A DNA stretch of 39,966 nucleotides from Chthoniobacterales bacterium (GTDB lineage Bacteria; Verrucomicrobiota; Verrucomicrobiia; Chthoniobacterales; JACTMZ01), in NCBI GenBank assembly GCA_017853515.1, contig JAFMJK010000001.1:1-39966 (forward strand), given 5' to 3'. Shown in pieces: positions 15,539 to 23,387 of this stretch. The translations under genes and the position numbers were made by a program. Numbering within the stretch: the first letter of the stretch is position 1; each line of letters begins with the position of its first letter. Below the pieces are notes generated by a model. The model was not told where the DNA came from. It saw nothing but the letters and a program-made list of their open reading frames with translations, and did no database searches.

Positions 15539-16527
15539 GCACGGGCATGGACGCGGATTTCACCCAGATCCGGCACAATCTCGACGCCGCCACGCGCATC
15601 GGCGTGGCCAGCCATGTGCGGCCGGACGGCGACGCCTACGGCTGCACCATCGCGATGGCGCTCCATCTGCGCGCGCTGGGCAAGGACGTCACGGTGTGGA
15701 ACGAGGAGGGGCTGACGGACAAGTTCCGCTACCTGCCGGAGTCCGGCATCGTCACGGCGCCCCCCGACCACGCGAAACACGATTTCGACGTTTTTATCGC
15801 CCTCGACACCTCGACCAAGGAGCGTCTCGGCCGTGTGCTCAAAGCGACCGGCAAGATCGGCACTTGGATCAATATCGACCATCACGTGAGCAACCACCGC
15901 TACGGCGATCTGGTTTACATCGACGACAGCGCGCCGGCCACAGGGCAGATCCTCTACGATTATTTCACCGCGGTCGGCGCGGAAATCACTCCCGCCATGG
16001 CGGCGAATCTCTACGCCGCGATTTCCACCGACACCGGGTCGTTCCAATACGAAAAGACGACACCCCACACTTTCCGCACCGCGGCCGCCCTCGTGGAGAA
16101 GGGCCTCGATGTGCAGAAATTGTCGCAGGCCATGTACGACAGCCATCCGCGCCGCCGCCTCGAGCTGCTCAAGTCTTTGCTCAACTCGGCCCGCTTTTTC
16201 GCCGGGGATCGTGTGGCCACCTTCAGCCTGGGTCTGGATACCGCGGCCATGTTGCGTGTTTTGCCCGAGGACAACGAGGGGCTCATCGATCATCTGCGGG
16301 CGGTCGAAGGCGTGCAGATCGCCGTCTTTTTCGAGGAACTGCCGGAGAACAAAGTGCGCGTGAGCATGCGCTCCAAAGACGCGCGCTACGACGTCTGCAA
16401 AATCTGCTCGCTGTTCGGGGGTGGTGGACACGCCCAAGCCGCCGGGGCCCGCATGACCGGACCGCTGGCCGACGCGGAGGAAAAAGTCATCGCGGCCGCT
16501 TGCCATGAGATCGGAATCGACAGTTGA
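15535..16527 (+). CDS. nrnA: DHH/DHHA1-family phosphoesterase (NrnA-like oligoribonuclease / pAp phosphatase)
   Basis: The ATG at 15535 overlaps the rbfA stop (ATGA). DHH motifs H.RPDGDA.G, IALDTS and IDHH. DHHA1 motif GGGGH..AAG. Confidence 0.85.
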   Translation: MSTGMDADFTQIRHNLDAATRIGVASHVRPDGDAYGCTIAMALHLRALGKDVTVWNEEGLTDKFRYLPESGIVTAPPDHAKHDFDVFIALDTSTKERLGRVLKATGKIGTWINIDHHVSNHRYGDLVYIDDSAPATGQILYDYFTAVGAEITPAMAANLYAAISTDTGSFQYEKTTPHTFRTAAALVEKGLDVQKLSQAMYDSHPRRRLELLKSLLNSARFFAGDRVATFSLGLDTAAMLRVLPEDNEGLIDHLRAVEGVQIAVFFEELPENKVRVSMRSKDARYDVCKICSLFGGGGHAQAAGARMTGPLADAEEKVIAAACHEIGIDS

Positions 16528-17227
16528 CGGAGTCCTGCTGGTCGACAAGGCGCCGGGGATGACCTCCCACGACGTCGTGGCCATCACGCGCCGCGTGCTC
16601 AACACGCGCAAGGTCGGCCATTGCGGCACGCTCGATCCGCTGGCCACCGGAATGCTCATCATCACCATCGGTCGGGGCACCAAGATCCAGGATCTCCTCA
16701 TGAGCGAGGACAAGGAATACGTGGGCACGATCCGGCTCGGACAGAACACGACCAGTCAGGATGCGGACGGCGAGGTGACCGAGGAAAGGCCGGTGCCGGA
16801 GTTGACCCGCGCGCAAATCGACGAGGCTTTCGGAAAATTCCAGGGAGATTTCTACCAGACGCCTCCCATGGTTTCGGCCATCAAGAAAGACGGTGTGCCG
16901 CTCTACAAACTGGCGCGCCAGGGCAAGACGATCGAACGCGAACCGCGTCTGGTCCACGTCTACGGACACGAGATCCTCAACATCGCGCTGCCCGAAATCG
17001 AGTTCCGTGTGGTTTGCAGCAAGGGGTTCTACGTGCGCACTTACGCTTATGACATCGGTCAGTTGCTCGGCTGCGGCGGTCACTTGAAGGCCCTGCGCCG
17101 CACGGCCTCGGGCAAGTTCCGCGTCGATGGTGTTTTGACGGTGGACGAACTCCGCACCCTGCCGCTCGATCAGGTGAAGGCGCGCATCATGAGCCTTCCG
17201 GAAGTCTCCCGTCTGCGCGGGGTTTGA
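16505..17227 (+). CDS. truB: tRNA pseudouridine(55) synthase TruB
   Basis: GVLLVDKAPGMTSHDVV, the catalytic Asp in GHCGTLDPLATGML, and YQTPPM.SAIK..G..LY.LAR.G. Confidence 0.9.
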   Translation: MRSESTVDGVLLVDKAPGMTSHDVVAITRRVLNTRKVGHCGTLDPLATGMLIITIGRGTKIQDLLMSEDKEYVGTIRLGQNTTSQDADGEVTEERPVPELTRAQIDEAFGKFQGDFYQTPPMVSAIKKDGVPLYKLARQGKTIEREPRLVHVYGHEILNIALPEIEFRVVCSKGFYVRTYAYDIGQLLGCGGHLKALRRTASGKFRVDGVLTVDELRTLPLDQVKARIMSLPEVSRLRGV

Positions 17228-17232
17228 TCCGC

Positions 17233-18135
17233 ATGGAGGTCCTCCACGATCTCGGGTCGCTCGGGTCGCTGCCCGGGCCGGTCTATCTGGCCATCGGTAT
17301 TTTTGACGGCGTCCATCGCGGCCACCAAGCCCTCATCGAAGAAGCGCAAGCAGACGCCAAAAAAACCGGCGGCACCGCCGTGGTCATGACTTTCGAACCG
17401 CATCCCATGATGTTTTTCCAGCGGGCCGAGCCGCCGCTGAGGCTGTCGAGTCCGCGGCACAAGGAGTTGCTGCTGGAGCGGCAAGGTGTGACCCACCTCG
17501 CGGTGCTGCCCTTCGAGGCGGCGCGTGCCGGTCAGACAGCCGAGCAATTTGTCGGGGATTTGCGCGCGGCTTGCCGTCCGCTGGGCGGGGTGGTGGTCGG
17601 AGCCGATTGGAAATTCGGCAAGGGCCGCACGGGCGACGTGGCGCTGCTGGAAAAAATAGGCGGTTTCGAGGTGGACGGCATTCCCGCCGTGACCTTGGAT
17701 GGCGAAGTCATTTCCAGCACGGCCATCCGTCTGGCCGTGGCGCGCGGTGATCTGGCCTTTGTGGAGCGCGCGCTTGGTCGTCCCTATTCTGTCTTCGGCA
17801 AAGTCGTGCGCGGAAGCGGAAAGGGGCGGGACCTCGGGTTCCCCACCGCGAACGTCGACGCGGCCGGATACCAATTCCCGCCGGAGGGTGTCTATGCCGC
17901 GCGCGCCCGCTTGGCTGACAAAACATTCGAGGGAATAGCCAATCTCGGCATCCGGCCGACCGTGTCCCTGGACCCGAAGCGCGTTCTGGAAATCCACCTG
18001 TTCGAATTTTCGGGCGACCTCTACGGCATGGAAATCGAAGTGGAGTTCCTGCGGTTTATCCGACCGGAAAAAAAATTCGCGTCTGTGGACGAGTTGCGCG
18101 CGCAGATTACGCGGGATATCGAAGCGGTGAAATAG
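17233..18135 (+). CDS. ribF: bifunctional riboflavin kinase / FAD synthetase
   Basis: GIFDGVHRGHQALI, TFEPHP, ISST.IR, and the kinase domain G.V..G...GR.LGFPTAN. I chose the ATG at 17233; the track start at 17224 is a TTG. Confidence 0.9.
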   Translation: MEVLHDLGSLGSLPGPVYLAIGIFDGVHRGHQALIEEAQADAKKTGGTAVVMTFEPHPMMFFQRAEPPLRLSSPRHKELLLERQGVTHLAVLPFEAARAGQTAEQFVGDLRAACRPLGGVVVGADWKFGKGRTGDVALLEKIGGFEVDGIPAVTLDGEVISSTAIRLAVARGDLAFVERALGRPYSVFGKVVRGSGKGRDLGFPTANVDAAGYQFPPEGVYAARARLADKTFEGIANLGIRPTVSLDPKRVLEIHLFEFSGDLYGMEIEVEFLRFIRPEKKFASVDELRAQITRDIEAVK

Positions 18136-18219
18136 AAGAACCCGCAGAGTTCGCAGAGAGCAAGGAGGAGGCGGGGAGGGGAGACGAGGGATGAAAACTG
18201 AGCTTGAAACCTGAGAGAT

Positions 18220-18293
18220 CTTGTAGCGGCGGCCTGCGACCCGCCGGAGCCATGAGGGGGAAGGCTCCGGCGGTCACAGACCGCCGCTACAAG
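18220..18293. repeat. BIME-like pair of inverted GTAG-type REP hairpins
   Basis: Left unit CTTGTAGCGGCGG-CCTGCGAC-CCGCCGGAGCC (18220-18251). 11-nt spacer. Right unit (18263-18293) has reverse complement CTTGTAGCGGCGG-TCTGTGA-CCGCCGGAGCC. Each unit can also fold on itself (CGGCGG/CCGCCG). Confidence 0.8.
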
Positions 18294-18307
18294 CGGGGAA
18301 CGTAACT

Positions 18308-18327
18308 CGTCGCCGGGGACGGCGACG
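18308..18327 (-). terminator. GC hairpin abutting the pdxJ stop (no U-tract)
   Basis: Stem CGTCGCC / GGCGACG with a 6-nt loop, immediately 3' of the pdxJ stop codon. It is followed by CTAC on the + strand, i.e. GTAG-hairpin geometry on the - strand. Confidence 0.35.
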
Positions 18328-19074
18328 CTACAGGGGATATTCGGCGCAGATAGATTTCATCTGCGCGACTGCGGCGGCGAGTCCGGTGATCAAGGCGCGG
18401 GAGATAATGGCGTGGCCTATGTTGAGTTCCTCCAGGTGGGGAACCGCGAAGAGTTCGCGGACATTGGCGTAGTTCAGTCCGTGGCCGGCGTTGATGCGCA
18501 AACCGACGGCATGGGCGAGCTTGGCGCCTTCGATCAGGCGTTGCAGTTCGCGGGTGCGGTCCGGTCCTGTGGCGTTGGCGAAGGCGCCGGTGTGGAGTTC
18601 GATATACTCGGCTTTGAGATCAGCGGCGGCGCGGATCTGGCCCGGATCCGGATCGATGAAGAGACTGACCAGTGTGCCGGCGTCGTGGAGTTTGGTGATC
18701 GTGTCGGTTAGGGCATTCCGGTGGGTGAGGCAGTCGAGTCCTCCTTCGGTTGTCACCTCGTTGCGGTTCTCCGGAACGAGGCAGGCATCGTGCGGTTTTA
18801 CTTTCAGCGCGATGGCCACGATCTCCGGCGCGTTGCCCATTTCAAGGTTCAGCTTTGTCTTCAGCGTTTCTTTCAAGCGGAAGATGTCCGCGTCTTGGAT
18901 ATGACGCCGGTCTTCGCGCAGGTGCGCCGTGATGCCGTCCGCCCCGGCTGTTTCCGCAATCAGCGCGGCTTCGACCGGATCGGGTTCGACGAGGATGCTG
19001 TCCGGATCACGCGCGTAGCGCGCCTGACGCAGGGTGGCCGCGTGGTCGATATTGACGCCGAGGCAGAGCGGCAT
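18328..19074 (-). CDS. pdxJ: pyridoxine 5'-phosphate synthase PdxJ
   Basis: Start at the ATG at 19074 (MPLCLGVNIDHAATLRQAR). Motifs ITAHLREDRRHI, NLEM, PE.R.E.TTEGGLD, E.HTG.YA and NAGHGL.Y.N. Confidence 0.92.
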   Translation of the reverse strand: MPLCLGVNIDHAATLRQARYARDPDSILVEPDPVEAALIAETAGADGITAHLREDRRHIQDADIFRLKETLKTKLNLEMGNAPEIVAIALKVKPHDACLVPENRNEVTTEGGLDCLTHRNALTDTITKLHDAGTLVSLFIDPDPGQIRAAADLKAEYIELHTGAFANATGPDRTRELQRLIEGAKLAHAVGLRINAGHGLNYANVRELFAVPHLEELNIGHAIISRALITGLAAAVAQMKSICAEYPL

Positions 19075-19076
19075 GG

Positions 19077-19544
19077 TCAGGCTTTGCCGCCGTAGGACAC
19101 GTAATCGTCGAGGTCGAGCCAGTCGAACCAGGTCGAGATATCGTCGCGCCCGGGTGCATTGTCCTTGTGCGTTTGGTTGAAAAATTCGCGCATTTCCACG
19201 CCGGACGGCGCGCGGTCTTCCATGTAGCGGGACCACAGATGGATCTCGTGCGGGCTGCGTTTTGCTCCCGCATTCTCACGGACCCACTCGAGCAGTGCGG
19301 TGTCGCCTAGCCCGGCATCGATCTGTTTCTTGAAAGCCTCAGGATCGACCGAGGTGAATTCGAAAAACTCCATGTCGAGCGGGCAGGCGTAGTTGAATTC
19401 GCCGTTGGTCCCGGCGAGGACCGCGCGGCATTTGTCGATGATGCGGGGCAGAAGCACGTAACCCCCCAGTCGCGCGCGGGTGCTGCGCGGCGGGCGCTTG
19501 GTCAAATCGGTGGGCGGTGCGACGCTGCTCATTGCGACGAGCAT
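19077..19544 (-). CDS. DUF5069-family protein
   Basis: 155 aa. The pattern PRS....LGGYVLLPR.IDK.RA...G..GE..Y.CPLD..FF.F is as I recall for DUF5069. Its stop lies 2 nt from the pdxJ start. Confidence 0.6.
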   Translation of the reverse strand: MLVAMSSVAPPTDLTKRPPRSTRARLGGYVLLPRIIDKCRAVLAGTNGEFNYACPLDMEFFEFTSVDPEAFKKQIDAGLGDTALLEWVRENAGAKRSPHEIHLWSRYMEDRAPSGVEMREFFNQTHKDNAPGRDDISTWFDWLDLDDYVSYGGKA

Positions 19545-19563
19545 ATTTTGCCCGCGAGCCGGG

Positions 19564-20907
19564 TCAAGAGGTCAGCCCCGCGACCAGTGCGGGAAAACGG
19601 CACTGCGCGCACTCGCCGTGATCGCGCAGACAAAAATCGGCGTAGATTTGCAGCAGGCCCTGATGGACGAAAAGTTTCCGCGGCAAGTTGCGAGGCAGCG
19701 TTCCCCCGAACAGCCGCGCCGAAACGACACGGAGCGAAGTGTTGAACGGCCCGGCGGGAAGATCCATCCATGCGGGTTCCGTGCCGCCGACCAGCGCGAG
19801 GGGCAGGGCGATGTTCGCGTGGATCTCGCGGATGCGGTCCGGTCCGATGAGGGCCAGGGTTGTCCTGCGTCGCGGACTGATCCAGGTCGTGTGATAAGAC
19901 CAGAACGGGTGCTCGAGAGGTCCGAGGACATTTTGCAAGCGCGGGAGATCCCCGGCTACCAGGGCCGATCGCACGGACTTCCAGCGGTTTGCCATTGCGG
20001 CGAGGGCGGCGATGCGCCGCAGCGGATGGTTCTGCGGCCGCACCCCGGCGAGGTTCCACGCGCGGCGGGGAAGGATGGAATTGCTGCGGGCGGCGCGGAG
20101 TTTCCACCAACTCGACCAGAGTTCGGCGACTTCGGTGCGCGCCGCGCCGGCCGGCGGCTCGGGCTTTTCAAGAAATCCGGCGACCCCGAAGAGGAGCGCT
20201 TCGCCGCGCGCCGAAGCGGCATCGGCTAGAGGAACGCGTTGGGCGAGCAATTGAAAAGGCAGTTTGTTGTTTTTGTAACCAAGGGCGACGGCGGTGGCCT
20301 CGAAGAGAGCGGCATCCGCTCCGCGCGCCTCGATCATGGAGCGGAGGAGCTCGCCTTTGCGCTCGAGCCGGCGTCGCGCGGCCGTGACCAGCAATTCCTC
20401 GAGGTGACCGGACGGGATCTCGCCCAAAGGTGCGGAGCACCGCCCCGGACGCGCCGCGGCAAAGCCGCTCCATTCCGCTTCGGTGGCTTCATGATCGGCA
20501 AGACAGATTTGGACGACCTCGCGGTTCGATGCGGTGCGCGAGAAGTGCCGCCGTGCCGGCCGATTGACCACCACATGAAGAACGACATCCTCGTAGGCCG
20601 GGTTGGTCGCGTGGCCGTGCTGCTCCCATCCGGATGCCGCGAGGTCGACCTCGATCGATCCGCGGTGTTCATTGCCGTCGATGCGAACGGAGGCCCGGAC
20701 AAAATCCGGCCCCGCTTCGCGATTCCATTGTCCAAAGTCGGCGACTCGCACCTTGGCTCCCGAGGCCGCGGTGAATTCCCGTCCGCAGGCCCCGGAAAAC
20801 CAGCGTGCCTGCCAAGCCAACTCGTTTTCCGGCGCCGGGGGCTGTTCGGCCACGCGGCCCGCGGGGTCGTGCATGGCCTGTTCGTAGGCGCGGCGAAGAG
20901 ATGTCAT
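19564..20907 (-). CDS. DUF2851-family protein
   Basis: 447 aa. N-terminal pattern E..WQ.RWF......T..G..V.V.D.G.WN.EAGPDF..A...I.G....G.IEVD.....W..HGH......Y.DVVLHVV, typical of DUF2851 (motif recognition only). Confidence 0.65.
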   Translation of the reverse strand: MTSLRRAYEQAMHDPAGRVAEQPPAPENELAWQARWFSGACGREFTAASGAKVRVADFGQWNREAGPDFVRASVRIDGNEHRGSIEVDLAASGWEQHGHATNPAYEDVVLHVVVNRPARRHFSRTASNREVVQICLADHEATEAEWSGFAAARPGRCSAPLGEIPSGHLEELLVTAARRRLERKGELLRSMIEARGADAALFEATAVALGYKNNKLPFQLLAQRVPLADAASARGEALLFGVAGFLEKPEPPAGAARTEVAELWSSWWKLRAARSNSILPRRAWNLAGVRPQNHPLRRIAALAAMANRWKSVRSALVAGDLPRLQNVLGPLEHPFWSYHTTWISPRRRTTLALIGPDRIREIHANIALPLALVGGTEPAWMDLPAGPFNTSLRVVSARLFGGTLPRNLPRKLFVHQGLLQIYADFCLRDHGECAQCRFPALVAGLTS

Positions 20908-20959
20908 GGAGGAAATCGGAAATTTTAGATTTGAGAGTTCAGACGAGGAGCGCCGGCCT

Positions 20960-22597
20960 TTACGGGGATCCTGGTTTCTTCGGCGTGGCCGAAGGGGGCG
21001 GAGGTGGCGGGGCGATCTCGTTCCGGATATCCTCGAGCAGCTTGGCGCGGTCGGGCGGTTGCGTGCGCTGCAGGGTGCGTTCGATCAATTTGAGGGCCGC
21101 CGTTTTGTCACCGATCGACTGGAGGATGCGCAGGCGCTCGACGATGGTGCGGAAAGTCTCGGCCGGATTTTTGTAAATCGCGCCCGCGGCCTCGAGGGAT
21201 TCAAGCGCCTCGCGCGGCTCCTCGTAAAAACTTTGCAGCATGCCCAGCGCCTCGTAGTTGAGCCCGGAACGGGATTCGCGGGCCATTTTCGAGAGGTAAA
21301 GAATCTGGGCCAAGCCGCTGCGCGCGCCTTTACGGAGTTCTTTTTGCAATTCGATCCACGGACCGGCGTCTTCGGGCGGTTCCTGCCGCCATGCCCCGCG
21401 CTGCGCCGCAGCGAACGGCCGGTAGAGCGGGTCTCCCACCACGACGCTCATCCACGAGAGCACCTTGATGCTCATGTAGGCGCTCTCGGCCAGGGTGAAA
21501 CCTTTCAGCAGTCGCTCGTTGAAGATGTCGAGGTGCGAGGTGAGGTCGAGATAGGGTTCGTAGACATTCCCCATGGAGGCGGCGGCGCCGCGGGTGAGGA
21601 GCGGGGCGACCCAATGCGCCTTCGGATCACGCAGGGTGCGCGCGCTGAACGACTGGATGTGCACGGCAACCGCGCCCTGTCGGAACGGTTTTTCCGAAGT
21701 GGCAATGCCCCCGCTCAGCCCCCACTCATACCACCCGTAATAAAGTGCCGCATCGGTCACCGGAAAACCGGCGGGGAAAATCGGCGGCACATTGTCGAGA
21801 ATGACGGGAATTCCTTCATTCCAGCATTCTCCGGCGGCGCTGCGCAGCCATTCGTCTCCCTCTTTGTATCCGCTCTCCGGAATGCTGCGGCGGTCGATGT
21901 AGGCCCAGCCGAAAAGTCCCCGCCGCTCGGCCTCGAGGCTGTCGTCGATCATGCGCCGCACCGTGTCGGCGGAGGGTGCATCCAGTCGGCAGACGAGGAG
22001 AAGTCCGGACGTCACGGCCGAGTCGAGAATGGGCGCGAAGCGCCGGTAGTAGGGGTTGTTGACGATGCCGAAACGGTCCTGGCGGAAAGCGCCGAGCACG
22101 GACAACTCGGAGTCGACGGAGGCCTCGTCGTGTCCGCCGATCGGATCACCGCCGTTCGGGCGCGGTGGTGATGGTTGGTCGGGTGCAGACGGGGCAATCG
22201 TCGTTTTGATCTTCAGCGGCATGCCGCGCATCAACGCGACATAGCGGATGCGGCTGCCGGTAACCTCGGTCTGGTCCTCGAATCCCTTGCGCACTTCCCA
22301 CCATTCTTTGCGTTCGAACAACTTTTTCAGCGGCGTCTCGATCGTGTCGGTGTATTGATCGCGCGTGATTTCTTCCTCGGTCGGGCAATCGAGGCCGATG
22401 ACCTGCTCGTAGGGAATGTAGCGGCGCTCGGCGTAGTAGTCGGCCAGGGCGCGGGAATCGGGATCGCGTGTGTTGAAGACGACGAGCGTGGCCGCCGCCT
22501 CGCGGCTCGGGCGTTCGTTCTCGCTGCCGCGCGCGCCCGCGCAAACCGCGAGCGAGAGCACGGCGACGATACTAGATCTCCACGCGCAGTCCGTCAT
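20960..22597 (-). CDS. TIGR03790-like conserved hypothetical secreted protein with C-terminal helical-repeat (TPR-like) region
   Basis: Signal peptide MTDCAWRSSIVAVLSLAVCAGA. The N-terminal block LVVFNTRDPDSRALADYYAERRYIPYEQVIGLDCP..EEITR..Y resembles TIGR03790 (from memory). ATG at 22597; a GTG at 22612 is also possible. Either start overlaps the upstream MBL gene 3' end (26 or 41 nt). Confidence 0.55.
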   Translation of the reverse strand: MTDCAWRSSIVAVLSLAVCAGARGSENERPSREAAATLVVFNTRDPDSRALADYYAERRYIPYEQVIGLDCPTEEEITRDQYTDTIETPLKKLFERKEWWEVRKGFEDQTEVTGSRIRYVALMRGMPLKIKTTIAPSAPDQPSPPRPNGGDPIGGHDEASVDSELSVLGAFRQDRFGIVNNPYYRRFAPILDSAVTSGLLLVCRLDAPSADTVRRMIDDSLEAERRGLFGWAYIDRRSIPESGYKEGDEWLRSAAGECWNEGIPVILDNVPPIFPAGFPVTDAALYYGWYEWGLSGGIATSEKPFRQGAVAVHIQSFSARTLRDPKAHWVAPLLTRGAAASMGNVYEPYLDLTSHLDIFNERLLKGFTLAESAYMSIKVLSWMSVVVGDPLYRPFAAAQRGAWRQEPPEDAGPWIELQKELRKGARSGLAQILYLSKMARESRSGLNYEALGMLQSFYEEPREALESLEAAGAIYKNPAETFRTIVERLRILQSIGDKTAALKLIERTLQRTQPPDRAKLLEDIRNEIAPPPPPPSATPKKPGSP

Positions 22598-23354
22598 AAG
22601 CGAGCCGCACACCGGGCGGCAGGAGCGTCTCGGTCTCGGCGTGGCCGAGGTCGTGTCCGATGTGGGTCAGCCATGTTCGCTGTGCGCGGGCGGCCGCGGA
22701 GACCTCCAGCGCCTCGCGCAGGGAAAGGTGGCTCGGATGCGGCTCGTGCCGCAGGGCGTCGATGATCAGCACGGGGATTTCCGAGATTTCCCCGATGACC
22801 GCCGGCGGAACGTGATGGCAATCGCTGAAATAGGCGGCGAGTTTGCGGCCTCCGCGCGAGAAAATGTATCCGTAAACCAGCATTTTCCCGTGCGGAACCT
22901 CGGCCGGCGCCAGTTCGATGTCCCCGATGGTGAATGGTCCGGAGATTTCGTGGGGCTCCGGCCGGACGTAATTGCGGTAAGCGTGCTGTCCGTCGAAGGC
23001 GTAATAAAAGATGCGCCGGAGGTCGGCCATGGTGTGCGGCGAGGCGTAAACCGGCATGGGCCGGTCGGACAGTTCGCAAAAACGCCTCAGGTCGTCGAAT
23101 CCGGCAACGTGGTCGGTGTGCGCGTGGGTGAAGACCGCCGCATCAAGGCGGCGCAATCCGTGCCGCAGGGCCTGGGTGCGCAGATCGGGCGTGGTATCGA
23201 CGAGGAGCACGGTGTCCTCGGTTTCGACCAGGATGGACGAGCGCAGGCGGCGGTCGCGTTCGTCCTCGGAGCGGCACACCCGGCAGTCGCAGGCCACGAA
23301 AGGGACGCCCTGGGATGTGCCGGTGCCGAGAAACGTGATCGCAAGTTCGGCCAT
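22572..23354 (-). CDS. MBL-fold metallo-hydrolase, PhnP/GPMBL-like
   Basis: 260 aa from the ATG at 23354 (MAELAITFLGTGTSQGVP). Cys cluster CDCRVC, HAHTDH motif, and a later His/Asp ligand region (IDALRHEPHPSH). The track ORF continues upstream to 24329 as an antisense artefact of recN. Confidence 0.85.
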   Translation of the reverse strand: MAELAITFLGTGTSQGVPFVACDCRVCRSEDERDRRLRSSILVETEDTVLLVDTTPDLRTQALRHGLRRLDAAVFTHAHTDHVAGFDDLRRFCELSDRPMPVYASPHTMADLRRIFYYAFDGQHAYRNYVRPEPHEISGPFTIGDIELAPAEVPHGKMLVYGYIFSRGGRKLAAYFSDCHHVPPAVIGEISEIPVLIIDALRHEPHPSHLSLREALEVSAAARAQRTWLTHIGHDLGHAETETLLPPGVRLAYDGLRVEI

Positions 23355-23387
23355 GACGGAAAAGGCCACCTTGGCATAAGGTGCCGC

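Noticed and set aside
20906-22171. 421-aa plus-strand ORF opposite the TIGR03790-like gene
   Set aside because: It is an antisense shadow ORF with low-complexity Arg/Gly/Ala-rich translation. The minus-strand frame has a signal peptide and family-like N-terminal block.
22470-23387. 306-aa N-terminal extension of the RecN ORF in the track (863 aa total)
   Set aside because: The extension is antisense to the complete MBL hydrolase gene and has no RecN similarity. RecN homology begins at about 23388, and the resulting 557-aa length is canonical.
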